Shown in pieces: positions 41,701 through 59,200 of a stretch of 64,000 bases of DNA (the first letter of the stretch is position 1; the number at the start of each line of letters is the position of its first letter). The notes under the pieces are model-generated. The model did no database searches and was not told where the DNA came from. It saw nothing but the letters and a program-made list of their open reading frames with translations. The DNA is taken from contig NW_002060952.1 of NCBI RefSeq assembly GCF_000150275.1, positions 580,482 to 644,481 on the forward strand. Direction: 5' to 3'. The position numbers and the translations under genes are program-made. Origin of the DNA: Trichoplax adhaerens. Lineage: Eukaryota; Animalia; Placozoa.

Positions 41701-42139
41701 TTAGTCCATTTTTGACTATCAATATATAATGTGGTGTTGTTAAATTTGTTGACATACTCATATCTTTAGCCGTTGGTCATGCATCTGGCATGTATCATTT
41801 TAAAGATGACTATGGAAGAAGCGCTTGCTGCAGCAACGATTAATGCCGCAGCTTCGCTAGGAAAATCGAAACGACAAGGATCGCTTGAAATCGGAAAACT
41901 TGGTGATATGCTGATAATTGATGCGGCGAGGTAAATATGCTATCACAATAATATGCCAACATTGAAATCCTTTTCAGAACTACGCCTATGTTGTTGTGCG
42001 GTATAAGAAATCGACATGTAGTAACAATAAATTTTACTTTAAATTTAATAGTTGGGAGCACCTGATTTATCAAATGGGAAATCAAGAGTCTTTAATCAAA
42101 TACGTTATTAAAGGAGGAAATATAGTTTATCACAGGTAG
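38714..42139 (+). CDS. AMDHD1: Imidazolonepropionase (amidohydrolase domain-containing 1, HutI), multi-exon
   Basis: LPGLVDGHTHPVWAGDRVHEF, GASYMEVHASGGGINFTV, GTTLFEAKSGYGL, IDVFCEKGVF, NFHGEEL, ISHLE, VALGSDFNPNA; stop TAG 42137-42139. Confidence 0.93.
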
Positions 42140-43841
42140 CACTTACTTTGAAACTTTTATTCACGTTGTAACGTATTCCAAGCTAATTAAGCGTATTAAA
42201 TGTTTGCTGCTAGACTTAAATCTATTGCTTAAGATATAGCTTCGTACTATACCTTTATAAAGATTATTGTCCTGCAGATTGATCCATGTACCCAATTTAA
42301 AATAGAAGCTGTTACCTTTCGAGGATCAGAATTAAGAAGTGTTGTGTATTGTAATGATTATTATGAAAAATCCTCAAGTTATTACACTTTTAAGATACTA
42401 TTGCTCACTATTACGAAATATTATAGCTTGAATATCAATCATTTTTGATTGGATTTACTTTTATTGTATACTATCTGGCATCAAATGTTAACAAAAAATA
42501 AATATGAATATTATTTTATTTTATTCATAAATTCCGGTCTATATATACAGTGTTGGTAATTTGAGGTATTTACTCGAATCATATTAAAGCTAAAGTGCCA
42601 TGAGCTCCTAGATGTCCACGAAGAATTTATCTATTGGAAAGGCAATTAATTATAGTACTCGTAATTGCTTGTCTTAGACGGATGCCAATGTCACTACAAG
42701 TGTAGTGATTCATGTACTAAAACAAGTTGTCCATTTTCTAACCACGGAAAATACAGTAAATATCATCAAAATTTTTGTGTATCGAATATACTGTACACTG
42801 TTTATACTGAAATTCGCGTAACTTGTGGTCTGCAACGATGTTATGCCAAAGTGGCCATTGTCGGAATTGGCCTATAAATATCTAATATCTATTACAGTAT
42901 ACCAGTTTACTATCCTATCATTCTTATCTTCTACAGTATATACTATAATCGCTCTATAATGTTGTAGCAAGAAAATACATACGAAATATCATTTGTAATA
43001 ACAATTTATATATAGATACGAGTATACTGTTCTATTTCGATGGATCTGTTACGAGTAGTCCCACAAACGCTTTGCACTGTAATATTTTACAGGAGCAGTT
43101 ATATTAGTAGCAACTTCAAGTCGAAATACCACCATGGGTTTCATTTTTAAGCTATATAATCTACAGTTCCGTTTCTAACGATAAATAATACTTTATTATT
43201 CTAAGCAAAAATGGAACGCAGTATACTGAATTATTGATTATAGCTTGCTTCATTCGATTAAAGTGAACAAAATGAGCATGATTATTCGCAATTTTGGAAT
43301 ATATTTTCATCAGAATATAGAGGACTAGACATTGAAAATTTTATTTTACTACCATTTTTCATCCTTATATTCATGTCTATATAATCAGATACATCCTATA
43401 TTATCTTAATATCAGAGGATCGATATTAAAGAGAATATTTATAGTAACATTGTATAGTCTAGTACATGACCGTGTTATCTATATCTCAGATCTTTTAGCT
43501 AGATCTTACTCGTACGGGCATATAAGATAATATTTAATATCCAACCATGTGAGTAATGCACAGTGGTTGTTGCACTTGCGAGAGTAAGAAATCAGAGTGA
43601 AAACAAATAAGGATATAAATAAATAAAAACTATTACAGATGTCTATTTATATCATTACAGCAAAACTGATGTACTGTACTATAATAAATTATTATAATAC
43701 GCGTATAATCAATATAACTAGTTAGATGTAGCAGGTTAATATACTCATGTTTTTGCTTCAACAATATGAAGCACCTGTATGTTGTGCACAGCCATTATGA
43801 TGTGCAAAATATCAGGCCGACGGAATTAATTATATGCTACT

Positions 43842-45471
43842 TTATGAATTATAGGCCAACATATACTCCGCATAATCAATATAACCATCTCCATTTCTAT
43901 CATCATCTTCTAGGGCTCGATCTATCCATTCTGCAAATTTTGCGTCGTCAAATTTTTCATCGTTATGATTTGTGTAATCCGACATAGCTTTAAAAATTTC
44001 TAAGCCATCAAGTTTACCATTGTTATCAGTATCATGTAACTTGAAATAATGCATAACCATATTTTCGTCATCGAGCTTCTCTTCTTTAACGTTGACTTGT
44101 TCTTTTAAGTGTTCTTCGATATGTCTACCGATTTAATGAAAGAGAGTATAATAAGCACGCGTATAACACTAGCCATTACAGGCTAAAGGTTTAATTGAAT
44201 CTAACAGAAATTAGCTACAATGTCAGCATGTAGTGTACAGTACGACAGCTTCGATGTTATCAATTTTGATGTTCTATGACCATACTGTACTACTACTGTG
44301 CTCGTAGTGTAAGGTGGCGAAATAAATAAGGTTGCAGGATTTTCATAAAGTCAGTACGTGTACAGTAACGTTGGATTCCGTAAGTTAATCGTCGAGCCTG
44401 ACGATATGGCTGTACCGTACAGTTGTTAAATTGTGGATAAAAAGCTATTCTAGATATCAGTATCTCCTATAGTGTGCTGAGTACAGTACTTAGTCAACAA
44501 AGCAAGATCTTAATATGTCTCAAGCGCGTTTCGTCTTCTTCAATCTTGAACAACATTACCTATTCCATCAAGTTCATTGTTAAGTACTCTTATTCACAAG
44601 GCCTTATGTGCGTTCAATTTTGATATGTACTGTTGTATATACTCTATAGACTGTACGTGTACAGTATTATATTTTTAATTGGCAAGTTATGGTACCTTTG
44701 GAGATAGCTATATGTACAATATCTAGTCCGTGTCTTTGTGCAACATTTCCACAATCAGTTTATGTAGCAATATCGTCACTATTTTTGAACAACCTATCGT
44801 CTTTTAAAACCTTTAACAACATTACAGTAACTAGTAAGTAGCCATGTACGATAGTATATTGAAATAATAGGGAGCATATTAAAACAGTTATGGTTATTTC
44901 AGATTGTTATGTTATGAGACAATTGACTCAAGTATTTTAAGCGAGAGATTGGTATGGTTCATTTACACACGTACATGCATTATCTTGTCTACAAATAAAA
45001 TAATCACAAAATTGATGATTTAGATCGCTTTTCGATATTGAAACTCTGACTTTGACTTTCATTGTATACAATGATACGAGTATGAGGAGTCTTAGGAAAT
45101 GTGTAATCGTGTACCTATGAAAGGGTTTTGTATTTAATTTGGTGTATATAAGTACATCATGAAAGCCGTTAGGAGTAAATTATGGACAAAAAGCGCTTTT
45201 GTTTACGAAAGGTAGAGAAATAACGATAACATTATGTCCACTTAGTCTACTGCATACTTTTAAAAATAGTTTAAAAATTAGAGTGCTACACGGTCCATTT
45301 TATTGTAGTAGTCATATTAAGATGGAAATCAATATGAAGTAACATTGACAGTCAGCAAGCCTACTTTCGATCTTTGATATGTTTGGTATCCCGCAAAGGG
45401 CTAATTCTTTCAGCGCAAGTGACGAAAGACAATAACAATAGCAGGAATAGTGATACGATGAAAAGCTTCAT
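43842..45471 (-). CDS. MCFD2: MCFD2-like two-EF-hand secretory-pathway protein, paralogue a
   Basis: Exon 1 45471-~45365 encodes signal peptide MKLFIVSLFLLLLLSFVTCA...HIKDRK; exon 2 ~44124-43842 HIEEHL...HYFKLHDTDNNGKLDGLEI...DDRNGDGYIDYAEY. Confidence 0.85.
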
Positions 45472-45792
45472 TCTTTCGCTTGGTGGTCAATCCAGCACAA
45501 GTCCTTAGTCCGGCCAAAAAAAAAAGATAGCTATGAGCTTATCTTACTACTTTAGTCCTATTTAAAATGACTAGTAAACTATTCGAAGTTCAAATTTTCA
45601 AGAGTGAAAGTAAAAATGGACAAACTACGCGTCAAAGGATTTTATATTGTTGCGATTGAATGACAGTACGGTCTGGTATTGAATTTGAATGATGTTGCCT
45701 TTGTCGGTAGTACCCGTCTACAGTACTATCCAGTACAGTACTGTACTGTATAAGACAGTGCTTTACACTGTACGGTCTGGAGACAAAGACCA

Positions 45793-46008
45793 TAAATACT
45801 GTAGTGTACAGACTCCTAGAATAATAATATATCGTCGTTGAAGCTATTTACGCTGAGTATCTGAGTAATCGGGGTTATTATGGCTGGGCCTAATGTACCG
45901 TAAATACTGTAGTGTACATGTACAGACTCCTAGAGTAATGTATCATCGTTGAAGCTATTTACGCTGAGTATTTGAGTAGTCGGGGTTATTACAGCTGGGC
46001 TTAATGTA
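45793..46008. repeat. Direct duplication of ~107 bp
   Basis: TAAATACTGTAGTGTACA..GACTCCTAGA...GTTGAAGCTATTTACGCTGAGTA..TGAGTA.TCGGGGTTATTA..GCTGGGC.TAATGTAC twice. Confidence 0.9.
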
Positions 46009-46126
46009 CAGTCTGTTCAATTGAAAGTGTCACCCCAGTCCGGTTTGCACTGGAGTACAGTACTGAGTGGGCCGCTACAGTACCAATAGATGGAAAATTG
46101 GGGTGACATTTCAATTGTAAAGATTG
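46009..46126. mobile_element. Putative Tc1/mariner-type MITE (118 bp, ~29-bp imperfect TIRs, TA target duplication)
   Basis: TA|CAGTCTGTTCAATTGAAAGTGTCACCCCA ... TGGGGTGACATTTCAATTGTAAAGATTG|TA; TA at 46007-46008 and 46127-46128. Confidence 0.6.
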
Positions 46127-46885
46127 TACAGTGCAGTATAGTAAAAGGCAAAAGTAACTTCTACAGTACAGTACAGTATTGTACTGTACTGTACTGTACT
46201 GTAGAAACAAAGACAAATCATACAGTACTGTACAGTACTGTACTGTATTTCTATGAATTCCAAATTCGCCGGTCAATTGAGTAGCCCATGACAGTGCAAC
46301 AGTACAGTACATACTGTCATCAAGAGTCCTGTATTGGAATGGGACAAATTTGGCCATAATAGTCCTTGGTACAGTCAGGGGCTACTACTGTCAAAAGTGA
46401 GGGACGGAGAACGGCCGTTCAGTCTAGTCAAAATAAGGGGGTCAATCATTTTGCTAGTCATCTCCACTTAACGCCATATCAGACATGATAGACTATTTGT
46501 GCTAAAGTGCGACTCCAGTACACGCAACTCCTGTACACTACTCCAGTACACAGTACAGTAAAGTAAATCTTAGGGGTAAGATTTACTGTACTGTACTGTA
46601 CTGTACAGTACAATACTGTAGTTTTACAGTACAGTGTACACTACAGTTTAGTACTGTACTGTAGCCAATCCTCCTGGTGTTGCCAATGATTGGATGCCAC
46701 GTCAATGTGACGTCATGCAACGCCATACTCGACTTTGCTGGCTGATGATAGAAGATGAACTACAGTACAGTACTGTAAATTACTGGTGTGCTACAGTAGT
46801 GTACAGTACAGTATAAACTACACTACAGTACTGTACTGTACTGTACTGTACTATACAGTACTACTGTACAATACTGTACTAGCCT
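46125..46885. repeat. Dense mixed (TACAG)n/(TACTG)n arrays and palindromes in the MCFD2 divergent promoter
   Basis: For example CTACAGTACAGTACAGTATTGTACTGTACTGTACTGTACTGTAG (46161-46204), hairpin 46551-46598, arrays 46585-46663 and 46760-46881. Confidence 0.9.
46665..46715 (+). promoter_or_regulatory. ER-stress element cluster: ERSE (CCAAT-N9-CCACG), overlapping UPRE-type CCACGTCA and CRE TGACGTCA
   Basis: CCAAT 46683-46687, 9-nt spacer, CCACG 46697-46701; CCACGTCA 46697-46704; TGACGTCA 46708-46715; extra CCAAT at 46665. Confidence 0.7.
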
Positions 46886-48155
46886 GCATCGCTCTGCCTG
46901 TCAGCAAGCATTAGAAAACTTTCTTAATCCACTTTAACTCCTTCAGGACGGCAATCAGAGTGGCTGGCATTGGATTGCTTGGTTGCAGCACAATTTGATC
47001 CAAGATTATCCTCTCCAAAATTGCTCTTGTACAGACTACATCGTATTGGTTGATAATACTCATCAATAGGGTAAACGCGTACATGTAAATAAATAACAGC
47101 AGATGCAATGTGTTTGCCATACACTAATAATTAATTAATTAATATATATATATTATATACTGTATATATACAGATCATAATCCAAGATAGAGCCGTGTAC
47201 GATGCTGTACGTATTTATTATACAGTACCATAAAGTAACCAAGGTTGAAAAAGTTCAACTTTAGTTCATTTTTAATTGAACCTGATTGAATCCAATGAAC
47301 CAATCTTATACAACTGTTACAGTTGGATGCGATAGAATTTTAAATTGAATTAAACTTGAGTCGAAATACTATGCGGTACTGTACGCGTAGCTACTACTTT
47401 GAACACCTGTCGCATTGGTGACAAAACACAGAATACAGAATACAGTACTAAGGTCGTGGCAATGAACGCAAGGAAATAACGCTGTCGGGTCTAATTTACT
47501 GTAAACTACTCAACTTGGTTAAGTCAATCACTTTAACAATATTGGAGTTAGTATTCTTGTGAAATTCTAATTAAATTAACGTACAGTACAATGAATACCT
47601 TGAGGATATCAATCTTAATGTTTAAAGTTACAGTTAGAACCAATTGAACTAGACGAGTACTGTATATTGAGTCACGGAATTAAATAAGCCATTTTTATTC
47701 GTAATTCCATTATCTTTTGGACTCATTCATAGTCAGTAATCAACAGTACAAGCAGTTCTACTCATCTTGTTACTGTATAGTATAAATAGTATCGAATAGG
47801 GTCCATCCATTATTGACTCATATGCAATATTACTAATTTTCCATATCAGCGTATAATTTCAATTTCCTTGCAATGTGTAACTGTAGCTCATGGAATACGA
47901 TTATAAATTAATGATTAGAAAGTTAATCTATAATACAGTAGATGGCGTTCCAGTCTCACGGCTCTAAATGATATTGCATACATTGAGGATATTGTACTTA
48001 TAAATGTAGATTTACTCTACAGTGTACTGTGTACAGTTCAATACCTACTTCATCAATTATTCAAATAATATCAAACAGTCTAATAAATAATGTCTTATTA
48101 AACTAACGTTTATCTAATAGGTCCTTGGTTCTAATTCTTTGAATTGTATGAAATA

Positions 48156-48822
48156 ATGAAGTTTTTGTTGGTAGCTTTTACGCTTTATGCGCTAACTGTA
48201 ACAGTAGATGCACAACAAAATAATAATGCCTTTCACGATAAAGCAAACATTCAAGATCGCGAGTAAGTTAGATTAAAAGCCAGCATTACCAAGATGCTCT
48301 ACTTCTATATCTAGTCAATTTCTATACTGTAGCAGTCATGCATATTTCAAAATAAATTGTCTATCTAGCATCCCTGAGTGGTAATATTCTTTACTTAGAG
48401 AATCTCATCAATTTAACAATAGTTATAAAAACTACTCTCATTCATTCCCTGTTAATTAACTTGAGTAGCAAATTGATAATCTTGAAGCTTAAATAGACTT
48501 ACTATATTATCCTTTATGCTAAAGTCATCTCGAAGAACATCTACGGGATCAGATTGATATAGATACCAACGAGAAAATGGACTCCGAAAAAATGAACTTT
48601 CACTTTTTTAAGTTGCACGATTATGATGATAACTCCAAATTGGATGGATTGGAAATTATGGCAGCTTTATCTCATCACAATAAAGCTAACGATAAGGCAA
48701 TCGATGATAGTGATGTTGTCAATACCGTAGACGAAGTCTTAAAAGAAGACGATTTAGATGGTGATGGTTATCTAGATTACACGGAATTTCTTCGTTCTCA
48801 AGGCAAGCAATCTTCTAATTAG
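48156..48822 (+). CDS. MCFD2: MCFD2-like two-EF-hand secretory-pathway protein, paralogue b
   Basis: Exon 1 48156-48262 MKFLLVAFTLYALTVTVDAQ...FHDKANIQDR; exon 2 ~48525-48822 HLEEHL...FHFFKLHDYDDNSKLDGLEI...DDLDGDGYLDYTEF. Confidence 0.88.
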
Positions 48823-49718
48823 GACAATCAGGATAAGCTTCATGCAACGACAATCCTGACTTGGTCGTAAAGGCGATATTTAATTAATTACATCTTTGTT
48901 ACCCATTACAGATAATTGAAAGGACACTCAAAGTAGTGACCGCTTCAGTGAAATTCTAGTTTAAATATATACTGTACATATATCTACAGTATATAACTAT
49001 TCATTGATCTAATCTTATGACTGTAGAGAGAATAAACTATTCTTATTTTTCCGACTCTGTGCTGTTTTTGGTCGATCATGCTATCTGATAGTTGTATACG
49101 GTATAGTATTAACACTTTAATATAATTAAGCATACTCGTATGCCTCAGCAATATTCCATAAAAGTCATCGGAGTTACAAATTGTCAATAGCAATCAACAT
49201 ATTTTACGTTGATGAACATGCAGAATTACAATTCATTGCTGTACTGTACGATAATAAATCTGAAAAGACGATAAGATGAATTACCGACTTTAGTAATCGA
49301 TCTAAGAATATTACCCTATGGAACTCATTCTAATAATTGTAACTGGGATCGTCACGATACTGAAATTTAGTCTAAAGGTGTTATAATATCATTTACGGCA
49401 GATAGCTGCTACACAGATTTAGATTGCTTGATCAAGCTCAACAATGAAAGATCTGACTATACTATAGTTATTTTCCAACAAAGTTTTATTACGGAGCCCT
49501 CCTTTTAGTTTAAGCTCCTAAGCATCATTCTGACAATAGCTTTTATCACATAAGATCATGATACAGATTCAGATAAGGTACCGTGTTAAAACAGCGACAT
49601 CAATATCGACAGCTATCACTATTAATTTACGGACCAATTATAATTTTTATGTAAGTATATTACGCCAAAATAAAGCCGGAATTTTTAATGATATACTGAC
49701 TGGCGTAAACTGTTAAGA

Positions 49719-55731
<6,013 letters not shown>

Positions 55732-55867
55732 TTTCCCCCTCAACGTATGCATGAACTACGATAGCCAAGCTGGCAGTCTTCAACTCATCGATGGGCTCGA
55801 TATGGTTTGAGGAGTATTTCTGCTGTGATTGGCAGCGAAAGCATCATAACATTGGTGGTATTTGGGA

Positions 55868-56145
55868 CAGACCGGTATGGAACGGTATAGAGCGGTATAG
55901 ACCGGCATAGAACGGTCTCGAATGGTGCGGAACGGTACGGTCCGGCGTAGAATAGTACAGTACGGTAGCCCAATGATTTCGACACGTTCGTTGAAGAACT
56001 GCAACACTCACCAACGTCACCCATCGACATCCACTCTGGTAGTGTCAGTCAACATCACTTCAGTCCATGGTTTCCATACTGTACACAGTGTACAGTATAT
56101 GACCAGCGTGCCGTGCCATACTGTACTATACTACACGACAGTACT
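55868..56145. repeat. Degenerate 10-bp tandem (CGGTATAGAA-like) grading into TACAG/TACTG units in the NO66/WDR27 divergent promoter
   Basis: ACCGGTATGG AACGGTATAG AGCGGTATAG ACCGGCATAG AACGGTCTCG AATGGTGCGG AACGGTACGG, then TAGTACAGTACGGTAG. Confidence 0.75.
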
Positions 56146-56251
56146 ACCAACCAGTTCAAGGACTGACTGGACGGACGCCTGTCACTCACTCACTGATGTA
56201 ACACGATTCTGTTGGAAACCATAGCGATAACGGTTGCAGCCTTCTCAAATC

Positions 56252-59200
56252 ATGGCGTTCCATTCATATACAACGTCTTTAGTGGCAGCCAGTCAACTTG
56301 GCCGCCATGTTCCTTTAGCTTGTAGTCAACGCTTTATTGCTTTACCTTGGACACGAAAAACGATTGGAATTTGGAAATTGGATAATGTTGATAGCCAAGA
56401 TTTAAGTAATACCGTTGTGAGTGACTGACTGACTTTGTCTGCATAACCATTTACCCTTTAGACCATTTCTACCTGGAATAGACTGTTTATTTATTGATAC
56501 ACTATGACTCCATCATGTCAGGCTGCAAAGAAGCTTTTTTTCAATCGTTGTCCATACAGTCTATCATTATGATCGATGTTGAAGTACTGGATGCTTGTAT
56601 CATTTGCCTAGATAAACAGACTTGTATCTTGTCATTGCATTGGCGGTAGATTCAAAAATGATTTCGCCGCTGTAGTCGTAGTACTTGCTGTTCAAACTTA
56701 TTACTGCATCATGTTCATGGACACTGTACCGCCATGAGACTAGGCAGATCAACATCAAGATGCGACTCCTCTACATTACTTGTGTAAAATACAGTACAGT
56801 AGATTGCTAATTTAGACATGTAATCTAGGAGAGTCGTGTATATTAATATTGATACAGTCAATTTTAGACATCTATGTATATATGCATATATTCATGATAT
56901 ACAAGAGTCGTCGATTGATGCTCATCCAGATATCTCAGTAGGCCTATAAATCAGGCAGAGGATTGATATTTATAGATCGAATTAATACCGGCAATATTAA
57001 CACATCACTAATTTATCTACGGTGAGATGACTCCGTAACAGCAGCTATCAGCTATGAAGGTCTAAAACGCTGCAATCAACATTAAAACATCATTGCGACT
57101 ATTTCTTAGTCGATGCATCATCAATCAATGTAGATGTGATCGCTCATTCATGTTGTCGTTAGTACATATACGCGTATAACTTACCCTAGCTAATGCTTTA
57201 CGGATCATCAATATTGTGATCGTGCATATTGGCAAACAGTGTCTTCCAAAATAGTATCAGTACTGTATTATTATATTCCTAACTTAACCCAATTTGCAGT
57301 TTCATCCGTGATTATTTCTCTTTTGCACTGCATTATCTTTATACTCGCTAGGAGTTATCAGTAAATTACCTAATGAACTCGGTCATTTTAAACAACAATA
57401 TCATCACTTAGACGCTTCTCATACCCATATTCCCACAAAATATATTTTAGCCACAGGAGTTAACTGGTCATAGTTCCTCGATTTTATTACTGGCCTTCAA
57501 TCGCGATCCAGTGGAAGTGCTACTTTGTTCGGCATGTAGCAGATACATTATTCTTTGGGATATGAATCAAGTTATTGCAGATGCGGATGTTGGTAAATAA
57601 ATAGTGAATTAGTCACTTTATCGTCAATGATTTACTTACTTACCGTAATTTTATTCTACGATGCAGTAGGAATAATGAAATAGGGTAGTAGCATCAAAAA
57701 TGATTACATTTGCTGAATGAAATAATTCATTTTAATATCCTTGTTATATAAAATTAAATATGTTCACTATAGTTGCTATTGCTATTTTTTCTCTTTAAGT
57801 TTCTATGTAGATGTTGATATACACTGCAATTAAATCATTTCTAGTTTTATCTGCTATTGTATACCTTTTGTAAATGATAACGTGTATATTAAATTTTAAT
57901 TTATTTTATTCACGCTGATAACTTAGAATCAACAAGCCAAGGCACCATTATTTATTCAGATTTTAATGAACCGTCATGTCTGTGTATTAGTTCAAAGAAT
58001 GATATTGTCGCCGTAGGAATTTCTAATGATATTATCCTTATTAATTTAAAGGTATGCTAACAAGAGTGTTCCTTTTACCTTAAAATCCTAAATACAAGTA
58101 ATTTGACAAATTACACGTAGTTACCAATGTATCCTATCCTTACCTGTTTAACGCAATTCAAAAGAGGTATCAATTTTTGACTTATATCACATGGTACAGG
58201 AAGATCATGCTATTGATATCCTAGTAGGACACACTGGTAGGATTACAGCTACAGATTTCTCTTATTGCAGTGAATTTTTATTGGTGTCATCATCGGAAGA
58301 TAGAACATTTAAAGTACGTATGGTATTTTTCTTCGCTATCATTGTCTATCAGTGCATGCAAGAAAGATGATCCAACTCGCAACTTGGTAATAAATTTACT
58401 TTACCTAACAGTAAAGCACTTAATTGGCTTCTGAGTACTATCCAACTCTCAAGCTGAGCATTGAGTACGCACGTTATGAGCAAGCATATATTACTCTACA
58501 GTATAGTAACGTGATAGTCTACAGTGTTTTATCTTAATATGGTGATAGTGTTAATGTCTTAATTAGTTATAGAGAGAGAGAGAGATCGCAATTAGATACA
58601 CCATAATTAGTATACATGAATTACATCATTAGACTTCAATAAACGCTGTTCATTGCTGATATCTTTAAAATATATTCAAGCTCATACAAGTGATTACCTT
58701 TTATTTATCCTCATTTTTATGTTAGGTATGGGATATTTATGAAAGAACCTTGCTGTATGACTCGGGTGTATTATCAAGTATGTTATTTCATAAAAGGTTT
58801 ATTCATAAAGAGTATTTCATTATAAGAATATCTACCGTATTATGAAATGTATTATGTTAGTAAAATTATTGCTGTGAAGCCCTAACATTGCAATTTCCTT
58901 ATTTATATAAATTATGCATCAAATAATACCAACTGATGGAGCTAATACACTTGATAAATTTGTTCATGAAAAATGAACATTATTATAGCATGTCCTTTAC
59001 TTTCCCTGGCTTTAAACCCGCTAAAAGACCAAATTATTATTGGTGATGCTGATGGAAAGGTAGGATCAGTTAATATGCGCTTATAGAATCGCCAACCCTC
59101 AATACGAGGTATTTATCAATCGCGCTAATGATTTTATGTTCACCACATATTGATGTATTAGATAAGAGCTTATGATGTTGCTTCTACGTATCGGAGCTGC

